Shown here: positions 53,006-61,354 of the stretch, piece after piece
Numbering within the stretch: the first letter of the stretch is position 1
Layout of the letters: each line of letters begins with the position of its first letter
Source of the DNA: Candidatus Omnitrophota bacterium
GTDB taxonomy: Bacteria; Omnitrophota; Gorgyraeia; Zapsychrales; Fredricksoniimonadaceae
Assembly (NCBI GenBank): GCA_015233335.1
Contig: JADFXX010000001.1
Location: 70,302-134,301, forward strand
Direction: 5' to 3'
Length of the DNA stretch: 64,000 bases
Made by a program: the position numbers and the translations under genes
Notes under the pieces: generated by a model
What the model saw: only the letters and a program-made list of their open reading frames with translations
What the model was told of the DNA's origin: nothing
Databases searched by the model: none

Positions 53006-53794
53006 TTAATAGTATAAATGCGCGCTATAATTAGACCCATGCACTGCATCATGACAGCCCGATTTCCAGCATGTTCCGGCCGTCCAAAAACTGGCATGGC
53101 TTCCGCCACCCATATTGGGGTATAGGACCGTTGCATGGCAACGCAAACAAAGATTATAATCCCCGGCTACCAACATTTTATCATTGACCGAACCGTGGAC
53201 CTGATGACAAACAGTACAGCCCTCTTTTAAAGCATCATGCTTAAAAACATACGGTCCGCGTTTGTCCGTATGGCACTTGAAACAAACCTCATTCACCCCA
53301 TCTTCGGAGGTGGCCGTCCAGGGACGAACATCTATGGAGTGGGCATCATGACAATCCGTGCAGCTCATCTTTCCCTCAACAACCGGGTGATGATAAGGCA
53401 GGCGGAACTGCATCTTCTTATCAGTGTGACAGGTAAAGCATACTTCAGGGTCCTTCTTAGGGTTGATCATAGTACCCTTGCCGCCGCCGTTATCTGCGTG
53501 GATCGAACCGGGGCCATGGCATGTTTCGCAAGCTTCAGCGCCGGTGGTGTCATTCTTGATATTAATGCGCGCATGGGTTGAAAGCTTATACTCCTTAACC
53601 TGCTTCTCATGGCAGGTGGCGCAAGTGTCCATGCCCACATACTTGGCTTTCTTTAAATAAAGCATTTCATTGACCTTGGCTTGGTCTGCTTGGGACACGG
53701 AAATCCCTCCTACCCAAAACAGTCCAAATACCAACGCCAAGACTACAAACAGCGCTCTAGCTTGTCCAATGATTTGGTGTCTTGCCTCTTTCAT
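53006..53794 (-). CDS. periplasmic multihaem cytochrome c, MtrA/DmsE/OmaB-like (7 CxxCH + 1 CX4CH)
   Basis: 262 aa; signal/anchor; CATCH, CETCH, CFTCH, CTDCH, CFKCH, CTVCH, CLRCH, plus CWKSGCH followed by DAVHGSN, which resembles MtrA-family C-termini. Confidence 0.8.
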   Translation of the reverse strand: MKEARHQIIGQARALFVVLALVFGLFWVGGISVSQADQAKVNEMLYLKKAKYVGMDTCATCHEKQVKEYKLSTHARINIKNDTTGAEACETCHGPGSIHADNGGGKGTMINPKKDPEVCFTCHTDKKMQFRLPYHHPVVEGKMSCTDCHDAHSIDVRPWTATSEDGVNEVCFKCHTDKRGPYVFKHDALKEGCTVCHQVHGSVNDKMLVAGDYNLCLRCHATVLYPNMGGGSHASFWTAGTCWKSGCHDAVHGSNYSAHLYY

Positions 53795-53820
53795 AAGTCC
53801 TCCAATTAGGCTTATAGTAC

Positions 53821-54117
53821 TTATTTAGTCGTTGCCGGTGCTGTTTTAGCAAAATCCTCGATTGTTCCTACCTTTTTATAAGTATCAGCTGTCGGCTTTT
53901 GGTCTCCAGCGCTTTTAATAACGGCCTTTCCATAATCATTGGGATCATGCGCCCCGTCATCCTTCTTAGGCATTCTATCCACATGGCAATCAATGCATTT
54001 GGCCTTAGCATCATCACCAAACGCTTCCTTATAAGCTTTGATCTGCATCATATCAGCATGCACCGGCACTGCCCAAAAGATAAAACCTGTTAAGACAACA
54101 AGCATGATTTTTTTCAT
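53821..54117 (-). CDS. small periplasmic monohaem cytochrome c
   Basis: Start set at the ATG at 54117 (MKKIMLVVLTGFIFWAVPVHA signal). Single CIDCH. The 18-aa N-terminal extension in the ORF track is read-through of the repeat element. Confidence 0.75.
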   Translation of the reverse strand: MKKIMLVVLTGFIFWAVPVHADMMQIKAYKEAFGDDAKAKCIDCHVDRMPKKDDGAHDPNDYGKAVIKSAGDQKPTADTYKKVGTIEDFAKTAPATTK

Positions 54118-54139
54118 CTTATTCTCCTCTTGATTTTTA

Positions 54140-54173
54140 GTGTCATTGCGAAGATCAACGCGGCGAAGCAATC
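54140..54173. repeat. third copy of the GTGTCATTGCGA...CGAAGCAATCT element
   Basis: GTGTCATTGCGAAGATCAACGCGGCGAAGCAATCT, between the hemA stop (54188) and the first cytochrome gene of the operon. Confidence 0.7.
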
Positions 54174-54187
54174 TCTTAAAAACGGGA

Positions 54188-55264
54188 TTACTTCACCTCT
54201 GCGGGGCTCGTAATGACACTCTTTGAATTTCTTCCCTCTATTAATTGTATTTTATTTATAACTGCATAGAACTCTTGCACTTTATTTGAAACAATTTGTT
54301 CAACCTGCCGGGCGGCACCAAGCCGCTTTTGAACATTGTTTTGAACCACGCGGTCCATATCATCTACAGTCAATAAACAGACGCCGTTAACTTGAGCCAC
54401 ATCCGGAGCAATATTGCGCGGCATGGAAATGTCAATACAAACCAATTTTTTACCGCCCCTTATCTGCATTGTTTTTTCAACCAGATCTTTTTCAATCAGA
54501 TAATGCGGACAAGAAGATGAACATATACAGACATCCACTTGAGGAAGGATCCGGGGCAATTCCAAAAACTCAACAGCACGGGCCGGGCTGTGTTTTGCCA
54601 GCTCTTCGGCTTTTTCCAAAGTCCTGTTCATGATATAAATATTTTTGACCCCTTTATTTCCCAGCTCCTGAAGGGTCAAACTGCCCATCTTACCGGAGCC
54701 TAAAATCAACACTGTCTTATCTTGCAGGGAACCCACGATATTCTGTGCCATGCAGACACTCGCCCAGCTGACTGAAGAACCGCCAAAATCGATCTGGGTT
54801 TCCCGGCGGGCTTTCTTGCCTGTCTCAAGGACTAAATTAGTCAGGACATTAAAAACTTTATCCATCATGGCATTTTTGCGGGAAAGCTCGACAGCTTCCC
54901 TGATCTGCCCTAAAATTTGTTTCTCGCCTAAAATCAAAGAATCCAAGCCGCAGGCAACTTCCAATAAATGAACAACGGCCTGCTCCCCCTGAAGCACATA
55001 AAATAATTCTTGCAGTTCTTTTGTTTGGGGTTGATGTTTAAGCAGGAACAACTTATTAAGAATTTCTGAAGGACTATACTCATCCACGACATGAGCATAA
55101 ACTTCACACCGGTTGCAGGTGGAAAGGACGATCGCAGACAAGATCGAGGGGTCACTTTTAAATTCGGACAGGAAAAGCTCAACTTCTAACGGGGACAGAT
55201 AAAATTTTTCACGTGTTTGGATGGCAGACGTTTTATGATTAATGCCGACCGTCAGTATCTTCAT
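54188..55264 (-). CDS. hemA: glutamyl-tRNA reductase
   Basis: 358 aa; ILTVGINHKTS..REK, STCNRCEVY (catalytic Cys), LILGSGKMG (NADPH site). Somewhat short at the C-terminus. ATGA overlap with the upstream response regulator. Confidence 0.85.
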   Translation of the reverse strand: MKILTVGINHKTSAIQTREKFYLSPLEVELFLSEFKSDPSILSAIVLSTCNRCEVYAHVVDEYSPSEILNKLFLLKHQPQTKELQELFYVLQGEQAVVHLLEVACGLDSLILGEKQILGQIREAVELSRKNAMMDKVFNVLTNLVLETGKKARRETQIDFGGSSVSWASVCMAQNIVGSLQDKTVLILGSGKMGSLTLQELGNKGVKNIYIMNRTLEKAEELAKHSPARAVEFLELPRILPQVDVCICSSSCPHYLIEKDLVEKTMQIRGGKKLVCIDISMPRNIAPDVAQVNGVCLLTVDDMDRVVQNNVQKRLGAARQVEQIVSNKVQEFYAVINKIQLIEGRNSKSVITSPAEVK

Positions 55265-55638
55265 TCTCCTCCTGCCTTGTTTAGGATTTTATTAATGCTG
55301 GGGACAAGGTTATCACAAAGGTCGCTTTTGTTAATAAATTCCTTAATAACGCCTTGGCCCGCCAGCGGCTCTACATCCTTAATATCAAACATGGTCAACA
55401 TAATGATCGAGCACTCCGGGAGTATCGCCTTAATCTGGGTGGCGGCTTCAACACCGTTCATGCCCTTAAGCCAGAAATCCATCAATATAATCTGCGGTTT
55501 GTTCTCTTGGACTGTTGCAACCGCCTCTTCTCCGGACGAAGCTTCCAATATATCAGCATCAACATGACTTACCTGCAGGAAGTTACACACCGCTTGACGA
55601 AAATCCTTATGATCTTCCACAATTAAAATGGTCGGCAT
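55261..55638 (-). CDS. single-domain response regulator
   Basis: Start set at the ATG at 55638 (MPTILIVEDHKD...). IILMDFWLKGMNG and IIMLT receiver motifs. Confidence 0.85.
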   Translation of the reverse strand: MPTILIVEDHKDFRQAVCNFLQVSHVDADILEASSGEEAVATVQENKPQIILMDFWLKGMNGVEAATQIKAILPECSIIMLTMFDIKDVEPLAGQGVIKEFINKSDLCDNLVPSINKILNKAGGE

Positions 55639-55763
55639 AAATCCAGAACGTATCTTCTCTTGTGTCAATAATAGGGGGCTTGAAGTCAAAATACTATAGA
55701 ATATATAATGATATATCTAAATACGAAAAACTACTTAAGACGATACGTAGTATCACGTAAAAA

Positions 55764-56408
55764 TTAGACCAATCCCTTGGCCAAAGCATATTTAACCAGA
55801 GCTGCAGTGGTCTTAAAACCTAATTTATGGATCAAGCGGTTACGGTGGGTTTCCACAGTGCGGATACTGATTTTCAAACGGGTGGCAATATTTTTGTTGG
55901 CGTTCCCCTGAGCCACCAATTTTAGAATTTCTTTTTCCCGTACGGTCAAAATTTCCAAAGAAGGGACATCCCCCTCTTTGACGGAACGTACATATTGTTC
56001 AGTAATAAGCTCTGAAATAGCCGGTGAAACAAAGGTCTTATTCTTCATGACCATTTTAATGGCCATGACCAAAAGATCAAAAGCATTATCTTTCAGGACA
56101 TACCCCGATGCGCCAAATGCCATGGCCCGTTTAAAATGTTCCTGGTCCTTTTGCATCGTCAAAACTAGGCATTTGATGTGAGGAAAATCCTTTCGGATCT
56201 CTTTTAATGTGGCAAGGCCGTCTAAATTAGGCATGGACAGGTCCATCACCACACAGTCAGCCTTAACAGAGGCTAATTTCTCCAAAAGGTCCTCACCGTC
56301 CCGTGCCTGGGCCACCACTTTAAAATCCGGCTCACGGTCAAGAAGACCTTTTAATCCGGCCCTCAATATTTCATGGTCATCAGCCAAAATAATACGCACA
56401 CAGGCCAT
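55764..56408 (-). CDS. NarL/FixJ (LuxR-HTH) family response regulator
   Basis: Start at the ATG at 56408 (MACVRIILADDHEILR). The receiver domain is followed by LTVREKEILKLVAQGNANKNIATRLKISIRTVETHR. Confidence 0.9.
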   Translation of the reverse strand: MACVRIILADDHEILRAGLKGLLDREPDFKVVAQARDGEDLLEKLASVKADCVVMDLSMPNLDGLATLKEIRKDFPHIKCLVLTMQKDQEHFKRAMAFGASGYVLKDNAFDLLVMAIKMVMKNKTFVSPAISELITEQYVRSVKEGDVPSLEILTVREKEILKLVAQGNANKNIATRLKISIRTVETHRNRLIHKLGFKTTAALVKYALAKGLV

Positions 56409-57454
56409 TATTTTTCTCTCCAGCAAGGGATATCCGCGATAATAGCTGTGCCTTTTTTAAGTTGGGACCGGATATCTATTCTGCCTCCTAAAAGGCTGGT
56501 CCTTTCGCGCATGGTGATGAGCCCCAGTCCTTTGGACTTGTCCTTCAAAATAAAGCCGCACCCGTTATCCTCAATGGTGATCTTCAAAGAATTTTTGATG
56601 ACCCGTAAAGTCACCCTGACATTGGTGGCCTTGGCATTCTTGACTATATTAGTCAATGCTTCCTGAACAATACGAAACACATTAATGGTTTCGGACTGAA
56701 AATGTAAATTCTCCAGATGGCCGTGTGTGAAAACAATTTTAACTTGTCCCCCGCGGTTGATCTCATCGATCATCAAATTAATGGAGGTGGTCAGGCCCAA
56801 AGCTTCCAGGGTCGATGGACGCAGACGCATGGCTAAATTGCGCGACTTATCGATGATCGTATCCAAATAGACAAGGATCTTTTTATGCTCTTTGAGGGGA
56901 CTGACATTCATCCCCTTCTGCAGCCATGCGGATTGAAATAACATTTTAAGCGTGGCGAGCGACTGGCCTAGATCATCATGCAGGTCACGGGCAATGCGTT
57001 CGCATTCCTGTTCCTGGGCCTGAATAATGCGCGCAGGCAGTGCCTTGATCTGATCTTCCATCGCTTTACGCTGGCTGATCTCATAACGGATAGAAACATA
57101 TTGATAGGGTCTGGCCTTATCGTCAAGAAAAGGGACTATCGTGGTGTCAACCCAGTAAAAACTGCCGTCTTTGGCACGATTACGGATCTCACCTTTCCAT
57201 ACCTGACCTTGCAGGATGGTTGACCACATATCCGTGAAAAACTCTTTGGGATGATAGCCGGAATTGATGATCCGGTGATTTTGGCCTATAAGTTCTGCCC
57301 GGGAGTACTTAGACACCTCACAGAATTTATCATTGGCATAAATAATATTCCCGGCAGGATCGGTCATGGCCACAATGGCAGACGCGTCTAAAGCAAACTT
57401 AATATCAGACAATTCCTTAAGCGTTTCCGGTAATGTATGGTATTGAACTTCCAT
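56408..57454 (-). CDS. PAS-domain histidine kinase, HisKA_3 (NarX/DegS) type
   Basis: 348 aa; PAS ([32 protein letters not shown]), H-box [12 protein letters not shown], HATPase NIVKNA and DNGCGF. Confidence 0.9.
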   Translation of the reverse strand: [348 protein letters not shown]

Positions 57455-57541
57455 GCCCTGACCTCTAATTTTTGAACAATTATAGCATTGTTCATTAGTA
57501 TTTCAAAAGAGTAAAGTTAAGATCCATGCTTGGGCGCGGTG

Positions 57542-57710
57542 AGATGAACAGTTATTATATATTCGGCACATTCAGGAATTTTTTGCCAAAAGTCTGCGAG
57601 GCTTTATGACAAAAATGTTCCAAATACAGAAAATCTTTAGAACATTTTTGTCATAAACCGAAGCAGACGGCAAAAATATTCCGTGCCGAATATATAATAA
57701 CTGTTCATCT
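57542..57710. repeat. 169-bp near-perfect palindromic hairpin (MITE-like or insulator/terminator)
   Basis: Outer arms 57542-57569 / 57683-57710 are 28/28 complementary. Inner arms 57603-57620 / 57640-57657 are 18/18. Additional paired blocks TTTTGCC/GGCAAAA and GTCTGC/GCAGAC. 19-nt loop. Confidence 0.85.
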
Positions 57711-57737
57711 AGCATGGCCGTCCAATATCAAAAAAGA

Positions 57738-58421
57738 CTACTTAACTATGAGAGTCTTTTGGAACCTGGCCTTTAACAGCTCTATTTCCGCAAAAGTGTA
57801 TTGGGTTTGTTGATTAAACCGGGAGTCAACCATCTTAGGAGAAGGAACAAATGTCTGCAGGACATAATGATTAGCCTTTTTTAACAGATGCTGGATATCG
57901 GTCAAATCCTCGGTGGTGCAGAACTCTTTGACTAATGTCGTACGAAACTGATAAGGGATGCCGCTGTCTATAATTAAATTGATGCTTTCTATGATCTTGT
58001 CTATAGGGCAAGTCATGCTTGTAAGACCACGGTACTTGCCGACGGAAGTTTTGATATCCATGGCTATGTAATCGATTAAATGTGACGCGATAAGAGCAGC
58101 AAGCACTTGAGGCTGACTGCCGTTGGTGTCTAATTTGACCGCAAAGCCCATAGCCCTGATTTGGACAATAAAATCAGACAACCCTTCTTGGATGGTCGGC
58201 TCACCGCCGGTCAACACAACTCCCTCCAGTTTCCCGCGGTGATGCTGCAGATAACTCAAGATCTCCTCTGGAGTCAGAAGATCTCCAAAACGTTCAGGCA
58301 GAACCAGTTCAGGGTTGTGGCAGAAGCCGCATCGAAAATGACAGCCTTGAGTAAAAACAGTGGCCGCAACCTTCCCCGGAAAATCGACCAAGGTCAGTTT
58401 CTGAAAACCGCCTATGCGCAT
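57738..58421 (-). CDS. nrdG: anaerobic ribonucleotide reductase activating radical-SAM protein
   Basis: 227 aa; FTQGCHFRCGFCHNPE cluster motif and GVVLTGGEP. Overlaps nrdD by 10 nt. Confidence 0.9.
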   Translation of the reverse strand: MRIGGFQKLTLVDFPGKVAATVFTQGCHFRCGFCHNPELVLPERFGDLLTPEEILSYLQHHRGKLEGVVLTGGEPTIQEGLSDFIVQIRAMGFAVKLDTNGSQPQVLAALIASHLIDYIAMDIKTSVGKYRGLTSMTCPIDKIIESINLIIDSGIPYQFRTTLVKEFCTTEDLTDIQHLLKKANHYVLQTFVPSPKMVDSRFNQQTQYTFAEIELLKARFQKTLIVK

Positions 58422-60514
58422 ACTTGATAGGTTTTGCGGCGTCTAAACTCTTCCTTTTTACCCTTATTCCACTGTTTAACCGGCCTCAAATACCCAACCA
58501 CCCTTGAGTACACCTCGCATTCACTCCCGCAACGCTCACAGCTGGCATGCTCACCGGCTAGATAACCGCAGCTGGGACATACGCTAAAAGTCGGGGTGAT
58601 CGTAAAATAGGGCAGACGATATTTGCTGCAGATCGTTCGTATCAGATTCTTGAGGGCCTTTGTATCGCTGATGTCCTCACCGATAAAACCATGCAGCACA
58701 GTGCCTCCGGTATACAGCGTTTGCAGATCATCCTGATGATCTAAGGCCGCAAAAACATCATTGGTATGCTGGACAGGCAAATGCGTTGAATTAGAATAGA
58801 ATGGTTCACGGCCTTGGGCGTATTCTTCTTCGTTGGCACAAATGATATCCACATAGATGCCCTTATCCAGTTTAGCCAGACTGTAGGACGTCCCTTCGGC
58901 CGGTGTTGCCTCGAGGTTAAAAATGTTGCCCGTTTCATGCTGGAAGGCAACCAGCTTGTCACGCATGAACTCCAATACCCTGACAGCAAAATCTTTACCT
59001 TTAGGCGAAGCGATGTTCTCTCCGATCAAATTCATGCAGGCCTCATTCATCCCCAAAAGTCCGATCGTGGAGAAATGGTTCTTCCAATACTGGTCAAAAC
59101 GCTCCTTGATGTGACGAAGATAAAATTTAATATAGGGATACAGGTTCTCCTCGGTCAATTTTTCTAAGATCTTGCGTTTAATCTCAAGGCTTTCCTTGGC
59201 CAGGTTCATTTTTTCAAGCAGCTGCACAAAAAACTCTTCTTCGGTATGGGCCGTATAGCCGATCCGCGGTAAGTTGATCGTGACAACCCCGATCGAACCG
59301 GTCAGAGGGGACGCTCCGAACAAACCACCCCCCCGGCTTCGAAGCTCACGGTTATCCAGACGCAGACGACAGCACATACTGCGGGCATCTTCAGGGTTCA
59401 TGTCTGAATTGATAAAATTGGAAAAATACGGGATCCCGTATTTAGCGGTCATTTTCCATAACAGATCAAGGTTGGGGTTGTCCCAGTTAAAATCCTTGGT
59501 CATGTTGTAAGTCGGAATGGGGAATGTGAACACACGGCCCTTGGCATCGCCTTCAAGCATCACTTCCAAAAAGGCTTTATTGAACATATCCAGCTCTTTT
59601 TGAAACTCACCGTAGGTCTCTTTTTGGACTTCTCCGCCGCGCACAACGCCTTGATTTGCAAAATAAGAAGGCACCGTCAAATCCATGGTGATATTAGTAA
59701 ACGGCGTCTGAAAGCCCACGCGAGTCGGCACATTCACATTAAAGACAAATTCCTGCAGGGCCTGTTTGACTTCTTCATAACTCAATTTATCATAACGGAT
59801 AAAAGGCGCCAGCAGCGTATCGAAATTAGAGAATGCCTGGGCTCCGGCCGCCTCCCCTTGCAGGGTATAAAAGAAATTAACGATCTGCCCTAAAGCACTG
59901 CGTAAATGCTTAGGCGGCTTGCTTTCCATTTTACCGGAGACCCCCTTAAACCCGACTGTCAGCAGATCATGCAAATCCCAGCCGACGCAATAAACGCTTA
60001 ATAACCCCAGATCATGAATATGAAAATCCCCGTTCTGATGCGCATCTTTAATAGGCACGGGATAAATACGGTTGAGCCAATACAATTTGCTGACTTCGGA
60101 GGAAATATAATGGTTAAGACCCTGCAGAGAATAGGCCATGTTGCTGTTCTCATTGACCCGCCAATCATACTGGTTAAGATATTTATCCACCAGGTCCGTA
60201 TTAAATTTTGAGATGATCTGACGCATCTCGGCATGCTGCTGGCGGTAAAGGATATAGGATTTGGCCGTCTTGCGATAAGGGGATGAAAGCAAAACCTCCT
60301 CGACAATATCCTGAATGCCTTCAACCGTCGGATTATCGATGAAGATCTGCTGGGCAATATTAAGGACTCTCACGGTCATCATCTGGGCTGTTTCAAGCCC
60401 GAATTCGCCCGTGGCCCCTCCAGCTTTGGTCAAGGCATTGGTAATTTTCTGCGGGTTAAAATCCTCTACTCTGCCATTGCGTTTAACGATCGTTGTAAAT
60501 ACAGCTACGGCCAT
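58412..60514 (-). CDS. nrdD: anaerobic (class III) ribonucleoside-triphosphate reductase
   Basis: 700 aa; ATP-cone (VKRNGRVEDF), C-terminal Zn ribbon CPSCG...CERCG and the glycyl-radical motif SRVVGYLRP. Confidence 0.95.
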   Translation of the reverse strand: MAVAVFTTIVKRNGRVEDFNPQKITNALTKAGGATGEFGLETAQMMTVRVLNIAQQIFIDNPTVEGIQDIVEEVLLSSPYRKTAKSYILYRQQHAEMRQIISKFNTDLVDKYLNQYDWRVNENSNMAYSLQGLNHYISSEVSKLYWLNRIYPVPIKDAHQNGDFHIHDLGLLSVYCVGWDLHDLLTVGFKGVSGKMESKPPKHLRSALGQIVNFFYTLQGEAAGAQAFSNFDTLLAPFIRYDKLSYEEVKQALQEFVFNVNVPTRVGFQTPFTNITMDLTVPSYFANQGVVRGGEVQKETYGEFQKELDMFNKAFLEVMLEGDAKGRVFTFPIPTYNMTKDFNWDNPNLDLLWKMTAKYGIPYFSNFINSDMNPEDARSMCCRLRLDNRELRSRGGGLFGASPLTGSIGVVTINLPRIGYTAHTEEEFFVQLLEKMNLAKESLEIKRKILEKLTEENLYPYIKFYLRHIKERFDQYWKNHFSTIGLLGMNEACMNLIGENIASPKGKDFAVRVLEFMRDKLVAFQHETGNIFNLEATPAEGTSYSLAKLDKGIYVDIICANEEEYAQGREPFYSNSTHLPVQHTNDVFAALDHQDDLQTLYTGGTVLHGFIGEDISDTKALKNLIRTICSKYRLPYFTITPTFSVCPSCGYLAGEHASCERCGSECEVYSRVVGYLRPVKQWNKGKKEEFRRRKTYQVCA

Positions 60515-60562
60515 ACTTCTCCCCCCTCCTTTGCCCTCCCCGCCAGGGGGAAGGAAAAAACA

Positions 60563-61354
60563 TTAAATTGAAAAAGTGGTTTTTTTAAAATTCCCGTGAC
60601 GTTTGATCGTTGCCCTCTCATCCATGGGTGTATATTCTTTATGCGGCAGATCATAAACGCTAACAACAGGCATATCTGCGAATAATGTCTTGGCCTTCTG
60701 CATAAGCTCGCGGTTAAGCGGTTTGACCCCGCAGGGCCGCAGAGGGGTATCAAGTTCGACTTCATCAGCGCCTATACTTCGGGCTACTTGGGCGATCTGC
60801 CGGATATTTTCAAAATTATCATCGATCAACATAATCTGTAAAGCCAGCTTGCCTTTAAACGTTCTTCGAAAATCTTTGATCCCCTCTACGATCTTCTTAA
60901 GGTCAAGCGCCTTTCCCCCAACAACCTTCTCAAAAACCAGTTGATCACCGGCATCGATTTTAGCCAGCACAAAATCTGCCCGCATAAGATCATCACGCAC
61001 ATCTAAGCGGTCCATCAGTGATGAGTTAGTCAATACGGCAACCTTTTCAGGCCTTGTTTTTTTAATTCCGCGGATCAGCTCTCCCAGATTCAATGCAAGA
61101 GTAGGCTCGCCGCGCCCTGAAAAAGTAATGTGATCGACCGTGTCCAGAGGCACCCGGCTAATCTCATGAAGGACATCCTTTAGTTCCACGTATATTTTGC
61201 GTTCATAGGTCAATTGCGTAGTCTTTCCCAACTGACAATAAACACAATCCATGTTGCAAATTTTATCATGGGAAGTTAGCGGGTCGACGCCCAGAGAACT
61301 GCCTAAACGCCATGAATGCACCGGGCCAAAAATATAGCGGAACGAATCGGTCAT
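60563..61354 (-). CDS. radical SAM protein (COG0731/TYW1-like small family)
   Basis: 263 aa; GPVHSWRLGSSLGVDPL...CNMDCVYCQLG, FSGRGEPTL. Confidence 0.75.
   Translation of the reverse strand: MTDSFRYIFGPVHSWRLGSSLGVDPLTSHDKICNMDCVYCQLGKTTQLTYERKIYVELKDVLHEISRVPLDTVDHITFSGRGEPTLALNLGELIRGIKKTRPEKVAVLTNSSLMDRLDVRDDLMRADFVLAKIDAGDQLVFEKVVGGKALDLKKIVEGIKDFRRTFKGKLALQIMLIDDNFENIRQIAQVARSIGADEVELDTPLRPCGVKPLNRELMQKAKTLFADMPVVSVYDLPHKEYTPMDERATIKRHGNFKKTTFSI

Noticed and set aside
55744-55761. TACGTAGTATCACGTAAA matches TACGTAGTACCACGTAAA at 62912-62929 (17/18). It is internally palindromic (TACGT-N6-ACGTA) and was considered as a shared operator.
   Set aside because: A rough estimate gives on the order of one or a few such 17/18 matches by chance in 64 kb compared with itself on both strands. 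The second copy lies inside the ccsA coding end (…LRGTT*). This is not enough evidence.
60515-60562. G-rich 48-nt leader of nrdD (…CCTTCCCCCTGGCGGGGAGGGCAAAGGAGGGGGGAGAAGT-ATG), considered as a riboswitch or NrdR box
   Set aside because: It is too short for a cobalamin or other known riboswitch. There is no NrdR-type AT-rich palindrome. It most simply reads as a strong purine-rich ribosome-binding region with a minor hairpin.
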